NCBI GenBank assembly: GCA_951406725.2
Contig: OX597817.1
Location: 95,294,001 to 95,358,000, forward strand
Direction: 5' to 3'
Source: Octopus vulgaris
Lineage: Eukaryota
DNA length: 64,000 bases
Made by a program: the position numbers and the translations under genes. This document shows positions 37,039 through 49,479 of the stretch, piece after piece. The notes under the pieces are model-generated. The model ran no database searches. It was not told the origin of the DNA and saw nothing but the letters and a program-made list of their open reading frames with translations. Position 1 is the first letter of the stretch; every line of letters starts with the position of its first letter.

Positions 37039-38001
37039 TTATACTAACTAGTATAGTTCACTTAGCCAATCACGGGGGTGTACAGATTCCCCATACAACA
37101 CATGACGGTTGTTTCTAATAGGATGCCATGGAGGAGGTATTTCAGGACTCTAACACCACGACCCTTCCAGGAAAGGTGAACGGAGAAAATGGATAGTTGA
37201 AAGACTTGGAAATTAACAATATGAAAGTAATTGATACTGTGAAAGAAATGTGTGTATGAGTTAACTCCTATTTTTAATGGAGCAGTTAGCTGAACCCTAG
37301 TTATAATTATGTGGATAATTTTATCTATAAAGGTTATTTTAACATACCGATCTACTTGGTAAAATTGTTAATTAATTGATTAATTAAATAATTTAATTAA
37401 TAAAATTTACCCTTCAATTATTAATTTAAAATTATAATTTACTCCATGATAGAATACTGCAGTTTTCTGTGGTATTGCTTGTAGCATACACATGGGTATA
37501 GAGTTTGAATAGTGTATTCACATTTGGCTCTGTAAATTTTGGAAGTGTTGGTTGGATATCTGTTACATGATGACACTCGATTGTGTGCATATTCAGCCAT
37601 AGCAATTTCAAATTTTATAAAAATTGGAAATATTATACAGAAGAGAGAAGTAACTTTTAAATTACTTTAATCTTGAAACGCGTATATAATTAATCCTGGT
37701 CATGTTGATTCATTGTTTTTCTCTTTGCCTTCATAGAAAAGTATGTTTACCGTCATGGAGATTCTTATAGTAGCAGGAAAGGAATTTTAAACTCCTATTT
37801 CTAATTTCGATATGTGGTGAAGCAGTTAGCTGAACCCTAATTATATATATATATGTATTTTTTTCAAAGTGTACAAATAACACGGAAAAAAGAAATAGAT
37901 AGTTACCAGGGTAGCAAAAATTCACATAAGTGCCAAGGATATTACAGCTTACTTATAAAGGTAGAAATTCCAAGGTTAAGTGAAATGTTTTTGTATTACA
38001 T

Positions 38002-38086
38002 AGATAAATTAAGAAATGGAGTCAAATGCAGATATTATTCAAATCCATTTGAATAACATCTGTGTTTGACTCCATTTCTTAATTTA

Positions 38087-38089
<3 letters not shown>
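38002..38089. repeat. 88-bp near-perfect palindrome
   Basis: AGATAAATTAAGAAATGGAGTCAAA..TTATTCAAAT-cc-ATTTGAATAA..TTTGACTCCATTTCTTAATTTATCT. Confidence 0.9.
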
Positions 38090-38122
<33 letters not shown>

Positions 38123-38224
38123 GTAAATCCAAAAAGAACGAAGAACAAACACAAAAAAAACAACAACGTGTCAATGTGGTGCATGTAAAGTATTAGCAGA
38201 CACTCAGGGAAGGAAAGAAAGGTG

Positions 38225-38259
38225 GTTTTACATTTCGAGCAAAGCTCTTCTTCAGAAAC
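38225..38259 (-). ncRNA. Minimal type I hammerhead-ribozyme motif in a short Penelope pLTR-like fragment (~38120-38310)
   Basis: GUUU-CUGAAGA-A-GAGC-uuu-GCUC-GAAAU-GUA-AAAC. Confidence 0.65.
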
Positions 38260-38477
38260 AGAGGAAAGTTCAATAGAAAAGGAAGACGAAGAAAAAAAAA
38301 ATATCGCCAATGAATCACATTTTCCCCGGCTTTCCGACTGACTTTGGAGAACCAAATTCACGAAATTCTTTCTACCATTGGGTTACATTACCTTGTTCAT
38401 TCAGAATATGCAATTCCTGCACCTTGATTGTGAATATATACATATATACGTACATATATATATATATATATATAAAA

Positions 38478-38814
38478 GTAAAAGACCCCCTTCGGTCATG
38501 AATGACCATGGAATTGCACCTAGAAAGTTATCCTCCTAGACACAAGTCCGGGCAAGGTTGTTTATGGAAGACCAGCAGTCGCCCATGCATACCAGCCTCT
38601 CCTCTCCACGCCACCAGTGTTATCCAAGGGAAAGACAAAGGTCGATACAGCTTGGCACCAGTGACGTCGCAACTCGTTTCTACAGCTGAGTGAACTGGAG
38701 CAACGTGAAATAAAGTGCCTTGCTCAAGAACACAACACGCAGCCCGGTCCGGGATTCGAGCTCACAACCTCACGATCGTAAGCTCGACGCTCTAACCACT
38801 GAGCTATGCGCCTT

Positions 38815-38816
<2 letters not shown>
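38478..38816 (-). mobile_element. Second tRNA-derived SINE family
   Basis: Head GGCGCATAGCTCAGTGGTTAGAGCG (A box) ... GCTCGAATCCCGG (B box), followed by a non-tRNA body; not a complete tRNA. Confidence 0.8.
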
Positions 38817-38847
<31 letters not shown>

Positions 38848-38852
38848 GTATA

Positions 38853-39015
38853 TGGCACAGGAGTGGCTGTGTGGTAAGTAACTTGCTTACCAACAATAAG
38901 GTTCTGGGTTCAGTCTCACTGTGTGGTGCCTTGGGCAAGTATCTTCTACTATAGCCTCGGGCCGACCAAAGCCTTGTGAGTGGACTTGGTAGATGGAAAC
39001 TGAAAGAAGCTGATC

Positions 39016-39058
<43 letters not shown>

Positions 39059-39270
39059 TATATGTCTGTGTTTGTCCCCACCATGATTGCTTTGACAACT
39101 GATGGTGTGTTTACATCCCCGTAACTTAGTGGTTTGGCAAAACAGACCAATAGAATAAGTACTAAGCTTACAAAGAATAAGCCCTGGGGTCGATTTGTTC
39201 GACTAAAGGTGGTGCTCCAGCATGGCTGCAATCAACTGATTGAAGCAAACAAAAGAAAAGAATAAGAGAA
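38853..39270 (+). mobile_element. Full-length tRNA-derived SINE
   Basis: Same family as 15570 and 20630; head-to-head with the SINE at 38478-38816. Confidence 0.85.
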
Positions 39271-39321
39271 TGTATATATATATTTATATAATCAAAATAC
39301 ACAACAGGATATCAAGAAGTG

Positions 39322-39409
39322 ATGCAGTATGACCGTTTCAAGCGGCTCCATTTAATTGAACAATGCGATCATTACATCAATTTAAATGCAGTGCTATCAT
39401 CAGCTGCAT
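39322..39409 (-). ncRNA. Type I hammerhead-ribozyme motif with extended helix II
   Basis: AUGCAG-CUGAUGA-[~57-nt hairpin]-GAAAC-GGUC-AUA-CUGCAU; canonical core and perfect 6-bp helix I. Confidence 0.7.
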
Positions 39410-39606
39410 AAATAAATAGAATTTGAACCAGTTGGACTCATTAATATAATTTTCTCAAATACTTTAACAGAGAAAGAAGATGGAAGAAATTTGTGTTGTT
39501 GCTCTTGTAGCTAAGAATAGACTACATTTCCAAGAATGGCATGAAGCCCACTGCATTCATAACTTGTAAAGGATTGTGGTTCATTTCTAATTTATTTGTC
39601 ATTTTA

Positions 39607-42539
39607 TCAACTACTAAATCTAAGACTAGAGGACTGTCTGTCTAGAATGAAGGGCAAGAGTGAGTTGACAGCTTATGGCTGGGTAGGTAGCATGTTTATC
39701 TTTCCAGTATTCCATAAGTAAATGTCCTGAGCAGTCTTTATAGAAACCACCTGATAAGTAATTAATTAAGTACATGAATGAATATTAAACTGATTCTATG
39801 TAATCTTTCCTTTTTAATATTGATTATTGATATATACACACATTTTTCCTCATTTGGTTATGATATCTTTTTTGATAATCTTAAATTTTATTTTATACAA
39901 CACTAGCAGAATTGCCCGGCGATGCTCGGGGCTGAATTGCTTGAAAGTACTGTTAATGATTGCACTGAATTATGATGATTATTCATGCAAATATTGATAT
40001 AAGTTTATGGTGGGAGATAAGGACTTAACGATAAAACGTGTGCCATTGCATTGTTTTGGGGGAACCAAATTTCTAATGAGCATTATAGGGGCACCAACTT
40101 TAAGTTTGAGAATGTGTGGTGGTAGTCCGGGGGGCTCAAAGGAATTGAGTACTTCTATTCGATAGTTAATGACGTCCTCTGGGTCAGTAGTTGTATCGAT
40201 AGACTTATATACATAGACATCCCCAGGAATGAGTTTTAGCATTTCACCATTAATATGGTGAACCGTTTTATTCCTCGGGGTCAGAATAGCCCTTTGGCCA
40301 ATCCAATCCATATTCTGATAATTAGCTTGTAGATCTGGGAACACTGCATCTCTGAGATCAGAAGGCGTTTTAACAATGGTACAAATGGAATCGATGGCAA
40401 TATTACCATTTTCATCCCCTGGTATTTTGCCTTCACCAAGTACAAGGAAGGTGTGAGAAAATGCTGCTGATGTGATATTACGTCGCATATGAGCACGCAT
40501 ATTGGTGTGAAGTTTGAGAGTCTTCACCAGTGGCCACAATGTGGATGACTTAAGACACGCACTTACTGCATCAGCTCTAGTCCCTTTGGGAATAACGGGA
40601 AGTGTTTGTCAGAATTCCCCTGAAAGAAGAAGTGTTATGCCTCCCATGGGAGCTGAAGTGTTTGATGTCTCTGAGAGATCTATCTAGTGCCTCAAGAGCA
40701 CCTCTGTGGGCCATCGTGCATTCATCCCAAACGATAAGCTTGCATCGTCTGAAGACTTTTGCCTGATCGGAGCTGTTACTGATGTTGCAAGTTGGTGTCT
40801 CAGTCTTCGCTAAGTCAAGCGGAAGCTTGAAAATGGAGTGAGCTGTCCTGCCGCCTGGCAACAAAGTAGCCGCAATTCCAGATGATGCCACAGCTAGGGC
40901 AATGCCTTGTGTTCGCCTAATCTCAGCCAATATTAATTTGTTGAGAAAAGTTTTCCCAGTGCCCCCAGGAACGTCCAGGAAAAATATCCCTACAGCTTTG
41001 GCCCAGACTGAATTAACAACGGAGTTGTAAGCGAACTTCTGTTCTGGAAGGAGCTTTGGCTCATTGTCGGCTATGTACTCGGCAAGCTCGTCAACATTAA
41101 AACATGTCTCACGCAGCAAATGTGAAGACAGAGTGTTTGTGCCTTCCCAGTTTGTTGAAGGTAGGCCATAGACCGGCAAGACACTACCGCCCATATCAAG
41201 TACAGTATCTTCGAACGTAGTTTGTTACCACACAGCCACACCTGCCCCTATGTATGTGTGTGTGTGTGTGTGTACGTGTGTGTGTATGGGTAGATATATT
41301 ATGCATGTATATATGTGTATATATATATGTGTACATATTACATGTACATCTATATATATATATACATCTACACATAAAATACAAAATAGAAAGTTATATT
41401 TTGATATCGCTAGTGATAACAATACTCAAAATATATAACAGACTGGAATTTCGATCAATTGGATCTTGTCCTCCCTCTTGTATAGAAGTGTACGGCTGCA
41501 TCGAAATTCATTTTTAGACTTTCTTCTATTGAAGGCATTTTAACAAAAATGCTTCCGTAAAGACGGTGAAAATATTGTCAATTTCCCCAAACAGGGACAC
41601 AATTCAATTTTAAAACAATAACCAAAGGGGGGGGTACGGTTTACAATTATTTAACAAATGCAACACAACAACGTTTCCCTGACGAGGAACCAACAAATGT
41701 GATTACAATAGTCAAACAGTAATAATAATAACAACAAACCTTTTTAATGTATCCCCATTTATGTGAAACCACTTATTCAAGTTCAAGTCATTGATGCAAT
41801 TTTATACGAATTGCTAATACACACACACATAATAAGGGTGAAAAATTGAATATGAATTGAAAACCAGTGGTGTAGCATATAAGACCATAGCGGATCTTTC
41901 TCTAGCAAAAAGGATGACCAGTATTAATTGCTCATCGCTTTTATATAAATACTTTCACTTTAATTGTTGCACACTTGCAAAGAGAAAGGAGGAGAAAGTG
42001 TAGTGGTAATGGTAGGAATGAAGCACTTGAAATGAAAGAGGGAAATCGTAAAATATTGAGTTTTCTCGAATTTTTGCTTAATTGAAAAAACTTTACATGC
42101 CATGACCCAATGGAATCTACTTGAAAAAATGATAGGTAAATTCCAATTGAAGAAATTCTATATTGTAGAATTGTATAAAAAACGAACGGTTTAGGAGGCA
42201 GAGAAAATCTGCCTTTTATCATAAGAGATAGATAATATTACTGTTTATAAACAATCACCCATAGTAACCCAAGATAAAATTTTCTCTGTATTAACATCCT
42301 AGGTTTAATTAGGATCTTGCCTCTTTAACTGGTAATTAACACCATGATTTAGAGTCGTCCCGTACCCAGCCTCCTTTTATAGACAGTTACTTTATATCCA
42401 ATTTACTACTCCTAATGTCTTCTTCCTTCCCTGTGGAAAGGGGATACACATGACAATATTTATGGCCATGAGCTGTCAACTCACTCTTGCCCTTCATTCT
42501 GAACAGACACAGTCCTCTAGTCTTAGATTTAGTAGTTGA
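39607..42539. mobile_element. TA-flanked MITE-like element (~600 bp) split by a Helitron
   Basis: ~75-bp inverted repeats (TCAACTACTAAATCTAAGACTAGAGG...) at 39607-39679 and 42465-42539; TA on both sides. Confidence 0.7.
39903..42232 (-). mobile_element. Internally deleted Helitron carrying a PIF1-like helicase fragment
   Basis: 5' TC and 3' hairpin CCCGAGCATCGCCGGG + CTAG, inserted in A|T; ORFs 40577-41194 and 39979-40539 contain PGGTGKTF, SSGIAATLLPGGRTAHS, WDECTM and GLPPHILKLKVGAPIMLIRNL..CNGTR. Confidence 0.92.
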
Positions 42540-42603
42540 TAATACCAGATAATACCAGACTGACTTGGTACTTCAACTTAAGTATCTACTTCAACTGAAT
42601 CTC

Positions 42604-42647
<44 letters not shown>

Positions 42648-42649
<2 letters not shown>

Positions 42650-43092
42650 TCATCATCATTTAGCGTCCGCTTTCCATGCTAGCATGAGTTGGACGGTTCA
42701 ACTGGGGTCTGGGAAGCCAGAAGGCTGCACCAGGCCCAGTCTGATCTGGTAATGTTTCTACGGCTGGATGCCCTTCCTAACGCCAACCACTCCGTGAGTG
42801 TAGTGGGTGCTTTTTACGTGCCACTGGCACAGGTGCCAGACGGGGCTGGCAAACGGCCATGGTCGGATGGTGCTTTTTACGTGCCACCGGCACGGGGGCC
42901 AGGCGAGGCTGGCAACGGCCATGATCAGATGGTGCTTTTTACATGCCACCGGCACGGAGGCCCGTCGGGGCAGCGCTGGCAACGGCCACGTTCGGATGGC
43001 TCACTTATGTGCCACCAGCACTAGTATCACAGCTACAATTTCCATTGATGTTGATCGATTTCGATTCTGATTCTCACTTGCCTCAACAGGTC

Positions 43093-43095
<3 letters not shown>
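42648..43095 (-). mobile_element. RTE-3'-related SINE-like element with ~55-bp tandem units
   Basis: Homologous to 16185-16690; (GAT)n tail; repeated GGTGCTTTTTACGTGCCACCGGCAC units. Confidence 0.75.
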
Positions 43096-43133
<38 letters not shown>

Positions 43134-43324
43134 TGAAGTGTCCTGTATTATATATCCATTATGGCTGATCTTACCAATCAGTTTTGCACTTGAGGTTCAA
43201 GGGAGTGTTAGGTAACAGTCCAGTTATGTAAACCTGCACTCATCAGAGGTAGCCGTTATGGAATGAATTGACCTCAGTACATATATCTATCTTCGTCTTT
43301 TGTTTTCCTATAAATTTCATCTAT

Positions 43325-43985
43325 TCTCTTTTACTTGTTTCAGTCATTTTGACTGCGGCCATGCTGGAGCACTGCCTTTAATCGAGCAAATCGACCCCGG
43401 GACTTATTCTTTGTAAGCCCAGTACTTATTCTATCGGTCTGTTTTGCCGAACCGCTATGGGAAACGGGGAGGTATACACACCAGCATCGGTTGTCAATGC
43501 TAGGGGGACAAACACAGACACACACACGCATATATATATATATATATATACATATATACGACAGGCTTCTTTCAGTTTCCGTCTACCAAATCCACTCACA
43601 AGGCATTGGTCGGCCCGGGGCTATAGCAGAAGACACTTGCCCAAGATGCCACGCAGTGGGACTGAACCCGGAACCATGTGGTTGGTTAGCAAGCTACTTA
43701 CCACACAGCCACTGTGTGTGTGTGAGTCTATATATCCACAGACACAAATCTATTTATCTATAAATTTATGTGTATGAGTCTTTGTGTCTGTGTCCTCCAC
43801 CACCTTTCGACAACCAATGTTGGTGTGTTTACGTCCTTGTAACTAGTGCTTCAGCAAAGGAGACTGATAGAATAAGTAGCAGGCTTGAAAAAAATATGTG
43901 CCGAGGTCGATTCATTCGACTAAAAAGTCTGCAAGGCAGTGCCCCAGCATGGCCGCAGTCTAATGACTAAAACAAGTAAAAGATA
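43325..43985. mobile_element. Inverted SINE pair: full copy on minus (43325-43712) and 3' half on plus (43770-43985)
   Basis: Homology to the main SINE family in opposite orientations. Confidence 0.8.
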
Positions 43986-45304
43986 ATCTCATAAATAATT
44001 TAATAGCTTATATGATGTTCCCTTCAGAAATTACTTGCATAAAAAAATTACACATACAAAAGCAGGGTTAAAGAAGACCTACATACAATACAAATTCAAA
44101 TAAAAATCCCTTATTTATTTTGATGGTGAAAAAATATTTGCTTGTTTTAACTTAGATATTCCATAAAAGTAATTGCAATCATTATCTAAATTTTCATGGG
44201 TTCTAATTGGTGACTATGAATAATTTATTCCTTCTTATACCTGTTTTCACATTTTTCTACTTTTTGTTAACATATAAAAATCGAAAGTTTATTGTTCTAA
44301 ATAACCTTATTTATGAACTATGAAAAAGTAAAAAAAAGTACAAAACTATATTAATAATTTTAAACGGTATATTTCTACAGCATGAATTGTTTTCGATGGC
44401 CACCGTTTAAGTAATTTTCTGTACACTTTCCCGAAGCAGCTGGGTTGAATACTATTATGATCGAATCCCCTTGCAAATCACTTGGGTTGGATATTTCCTT
44501 TTCATGAACAATGAGGTAACAAACTATTTTTACTTCTGACTCCACTATATTTATATTATTTACCTTACAAACAAACAACTATGAGAAAGTTACAAAAATG
44601 ATTTGTTTTTATTTCAGTTTATACTTTATTCAACATCTATTCTGCTGCAAATATTTATGAAAAGGATCTACCCTCACATATTGATCCGAAATAAAATTTG
44701 CTGTATTTCTCTTTCACTATATTGAAACTAAAAAAAATTCCCATAAAAACCCGGTTCGATGTTTCGGTAGCTTCAATATAAGCATGTTCTATATGAGCTA
44801 ATAAATTGTTAATTACCCTTTGTCACTGACATACATGACCAGGGAGATAACCTGTGTCTCACTCATGTTTTTATTTATCAGAAACATTCACAAATGATTG
44901 CTTTTTGTCATGAATTTCCCCTCTGATTGGTTAATTGCACATGGAAAACTCCCTGACGTTTAAAGACTCTTCATTACTTTTTATAGATATATTTTTTATC
45001 GGGTTGTTTCTTATTTTAGTAACATGTCGAAATGGCTCATCAGTGAAATGAAAAATGGAAACGGCGAAATGTACTTAGTTTCAAGTTTATGCTGTTATGT
45101 TCTTTATGTACATTCACTGTTGTAATGTCATATACTTCTTTTTCAGTAACCCACTGTAAATGAAAATAATACAGGTGTTCCAGCAGTGGCCATCCAGTCA
45201 ATATGTCGTTAAATATAGAGTTTATATAAAGATATGAAGCGTATGTATCTTATATAAATAACACCAAGATTACCTTCGTGTTATTTCCAATTATAGTGTT
45301 ATTG

Positions 45305-45339
45305 AAACGGAAGTATACGATCTTGCAATTAGTGTAAGT
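45305..45339 (+). promoter_or_regulatory. Possible promoter or short non-coding first exon (ETS motif CGGAAGT then gtaagt donor)
   Basis: AACGGAAGT at ~45306-45314 in unique, CpG-bearing sequence; donor-like gtaagt at 45334-39. A link to the exon at 63851 is speculative. Confidence 0.25.
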
Positions 45340-46869
45340 CAAGAATGTAGCAGCGTATGAAGTGAAACTAAGTAATTTTATAATTTCCCTTTCAGATTTT
45401 CATTTTACTTGTGAATCTTTACGATGGATTAGTTAAATATGAAATAACTTCCTTACCACGCATGTCGTATACGCTTACCAACACATAGACACGCACAAAC
45501 ACACGTGTGTCTATGTGTAAAGTATTAAATCATTTTACCGGCTACTAAATTGTAAGTGGCTTCTTGATGCATCATATTGGATATGAAAATTTTTTGTTTG
45601 TTTAAAATTGTTATTTTTGGATTATTGAAAACCACCACAATTGCTGGTGACATTTCTGTTGTCAGTGATGTAGTTCATGCGAAAATATTCTCTGGAAGAT
45701 CATTTTTATCAGAGCAAGCAAGTTATGTGACTAACATCAAAATATTTTTTGCGTCTAAATACGAGATATTGCGTTTAAGTATTTAGAATATATGATAATA
45801 TTAATGGAGTAAACAATTACCAGCCTTACAATACCCTATTCGTTTTATCACGATCTGAATACAACTATAACTATGATTGTATCGTTATTCGGGAGACTAT
45901 ATTCCCCCACCCCACCCTAAATAAAAGGAAATAACACCGAAAACCGTTTATTATTGTTAATATTTTTAGTATATGAATAAATAAAGAGATCACTTTGTAG
46001 TAACATAACTAATTTTTTCTTATACATGTTGTAATTAAAGTATTTCCGAATTGCTCAGCGTGTTGCTAGAGAGGGTGTAACGACATGTACATTTGGGATC
46101 AGATATAATCGACCTTACTCCCTCCTCTAAATTTAACGCTCTGGTTGAAAGCCTTACTTTTCAGTTTTCGGCTATGAAAAGCTTGCCGCTTACCCTAAGT
46201 ATACGCTGTCGGACCAAATCCGAAACCATGTGGTTGCCAAACAAAATTCTTAATCACACAGTGATGACTGCACATTCACACACACATGTATGTATTCTTA
46301 TAGATGAATATACCTATGGAAAAAGGCATCATCCTTATGCGTTCATTTGGTTGTATAGGTAATCTCATGCAGTTACATGTATACAATTGTTCATGGTAGA
46401 AACAGACTAGAAAATTCGAACAAATATCTATAGTAGCATAGTCTCCTCAGTCGTACACTTCCCAACATATTCGGTTTAAAATTTCTTAATAGACATCTAA
46501 TAACACCAATTCAACTACAAAAACTGTTTCCCTACATCCAGCCAAATTAAATCTCCTTACCATAGCTTTGTATCAACCCACATTCTATAAACATACTTTC
46601 TTCCTATCCCTCTCTAACCTTCCTTCCTACACAATTAGTAGTCACCTGCATCACACTATCATTCACGTAGTACCCGACCTTACTAAAACTTGCCAAAGAC
46701 TATATAAAGCTACTGCCTCCTGCCCCAATAAATCACAGCTTGATGAAATTGAGCAAGTCAAAATTTCGAAGTCACTTTGTAAAAATTAATATGTACTCTA
46801 GCAAAAAAAAAAAAAAAATATCGAGTAATGTTAAATTGTCTATGACTTGACATAAAAACAGCATTAATA

Positions 46870-48648
46870 TTCTTTTACTTGTTTCAGTCATTTTACTGTG
46901 GCCATGCTGGAGCACCGCCTTGAAGGGTTTTAGTCAAACAAATCTACTCCAAGACTTTTGTTTTAAAGCTTAGTACTTATTCTATTTGTATCTTTTGTTG
47001 AACTCCTAAGTTATGGGGAAGTAAACATACCAACACCGGTTGTCAAACGGTACTGGGGAGACGGGACAAACACACACACAAACACATGACAGGCTTCTTT
47101 CAGTTTTTGTCTAGTAGAAGACACTTTCCAAGGTACCATGCAGTGGGACTGAGTTTGGAACCATGTGACTGGGAAGCAAGCTTCTTTATTTCTTTTAAAT
47201 TGTCATAAAGGCATTACATAGAGGGGGACATATAACAATAAAAATAAAAATATGATGCTATGAATGACACATGAAAATGAACATGAAAAACATTAAAATC
47301 AAAATATTAAAATACATGAACAATAAATGAGAAATGAGAATATGAAAATGTGTTTGTTACTCACCGGACACTGAATAACACCACTCGCCACCTCTGAGTC
47401 CTGAGTCCTCTTTAGTCTTTGATCTAGTCTTTCATTTACTGTTTTCCCCATCGCTGAGTGACAACAGTCTCTCCTCCATGTACCCCGTAACCTTTTTCAC
47501 TGGGAGAGGGGTCTTGTAAATTTTGTGGTGTCAGTCCTTTTTTTTTTCCTGTGGGGAGAGAGAGTAGGTGGGTTTGTTGTTTGCATGGGGAGGGTGGGTC
47601 TGAGTGGTCTTGGGTAGGATGGAGTTGGTCTGGGGTTCCACATCGCACTGTTCTTCCTCTTCTTTCTCTTTTTCTTTTATTCTCTGTCACTGTCCATTCA
47701 TCCTCCTTGTTCCTTCCATCTATTTGTACTTCTTCCTTTTTATCTCCACCACTGCTTCTACTGTTGTTTTTCTCTGCAGAGGGCAGTGCGCTCTAATGAG
47801 GCCCTTTTGGCCACGTTTAAAACATCGTGGGATTCTGCCCTCCACCCACACTCTTAACACAATCTCTCCCAACATCATCGTCTCTGCCAAACTTTCCAAA
47901 TGCCTCTCCTCTGCCTGTATAATGAGGTCCAGTGTTTTTCCTCTCCACCCTCTTTCCTCTGTTTCTGTTGCTTGGAGGACAGCTACCTCCTCCTCACTTC
48001 CAATGAGGACAGTTGCCGCAACCCAAGCCACTTCTATATCGGGTGGAATTCCTTCTACCCTCACCTTAGAAGTCTTTCTTCCAAGGTATGTGGGTAGAAG
48101 TACCATTTCCTCCATTTTTATAGTTGCACTCGCCAGCCTCCTTGCCTCCTCCGCTGTCCTAAACTGGACAACCACCATCCCATATCCATTTCCTTTTGCT
48201 ATGTATGACACTTCCTTCGAAAGGCCCTTCAATGCTTTTTCTACTTTTTCCATCTCCATCCACTCCACCTTCCTACTCTCCACTGAGTACACCTTTCCAT
48301 ATTTTCCATAACCCTTTTTGGGGGTAATAACTTTATGTCCTGTGTCATCTTACACAGTTCCTTCAGTCCGGCTAGGTCCACCTCTCTTTTCTTCACCTCT
48401 GCAACCTCAGTAAAACTCTTTACTCTTTACTCATTCTATTTACTACCTTAACAAGCTCCTCCTCCACTGAGGACAGCTCATATTCACTAAGGTCCAAATA
48501 CATTCCTTTCCACTGGAATAACACTCACCAACAAACTGCTGCCAAGCAGCACAAAAAATTCTGTCCGACTCGTCAAAAATCAACACAGCGAATAGACCGA
48601 TACATGCGTGGGAAACAAGCTTCTTATCATACAGCCACGCTTGCACCT
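46870..48648 (-). mobile_element. tRNA-derived SINE split in its tRNA head by a retroposon insertion
   Basis: SINE body at 46870-47186; the remaining 5' head (GGTGCAAGCGTGGCTGTATGATAAGAAG) resumes at 48609-48648. Confidence 0.8.
47187..48608 (-). mobile_element. ORF1-only non-LTR retroposon (L1/Tx1-type gag-like ORF1, no ORF2)
   Basis: 17-bp TSD TGGGAA(G/A)CAAGCTTCTT (47170-86 and 48609-25); decayed ORF1 from ATG ~48434 (KSFTEVA..VVQFRT..KVRVEGIPP..PRCFKRGQKGLIRAHCP); T-rich 3' UTR and A-rich tail; no APE or RT sequence seen. Confidence 0.8.
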
Positions 48649-49479
48649 ATAAATTTACAAAATCTACCAAAAAATGTATACACACTTCAGGAATGGAAAA
48701 ATCTTTATGAATATTTAACCTGTATAAGTATCTCTGTAAATATAAATACCTCTTCCGATGTTTTATTTAATTGCAATAACACTGAATAAAAATATTTATG
48801 CAGATTTTTCCACAGCAACCCTCAAGCAGCATGGCGGTCAGTTTAAAGGAGGGTATGGGTGTCCATTAAGACAGGAAAGGAGGGAGAATAACAAATGGTT
48901 AGAGATGAGGGTAGAGGTGAATGTAGTGAGTGCTGAACTGAAGTGGAAGTGCAGCTTGGTGGGAAATATCAGTATGGGTGGGGTGGAATAAGATGTGGGA
49001 GATAGGAGTAGCTCAAGAATGATGGATCAAGAAATAGGGGGAAATTGGTGGGGCGAGGGGAGTACAGGAGTACATAAGAATGGTTAGAGTGAGTGGGGTA
49101 TAGTGGCAGATACTAGAGGGCATTGAGAATGATAGCAGGTATTAGAAGTGTTATGGTGAAGTATGGTAGAGGAGAGAGAGTGTAAACTGGATGCACAGAA
49201 AGGAGGTGATCAGTGAAAATAGTGTGGGAAAAGGTGATAATGAGAATGAGGCATAGAAGTGGTATTAATATGTGCTGAAACTGGATAGATGTTAGGGGAA
49301 GGTGGGGGGGTAATGGAGATGGGATGTGGGATATGTTTGATGAGACAAAATGGGTGTAGGGGCAAAGCCCAGCATGCACAAGCATAAACAAAGGGTTTTT
49401 AGAATCTCCTTTTTGCTGTGATGGACAGATCTTCTTGAAAAGCAATTTGCCTCTTGTATTTCCATAGGTACAGCATATG

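Noticed and set aside
38740-38816. tRNA gene
   Set aside because: A and B boxes are present but run into a SINE body, with no proper acceptor stem or terminator.
42790-43020. CRISPR-like regularly spaced repeats (also 16330-16600 and 58075-58440)
   Set aside because: These are tandem units of retroposon UTRs or minisatellites; the spacers are homologous to each other, there are no cas genes and the context is eukaryotic.
43205-43260. Additional hammerhead (CUGAUGA on minus strand)
   Set aside because: GAAA is replaced by AUAA and no helix I pairing was found.
44381-44515. Plus-strand AG/GT-bounded exon candidate
   Set aside because: Stops occur in all frames; at best a non-coding or start-codon exon (ATG AAC AAT GAG|gt) with no supporting evidence.
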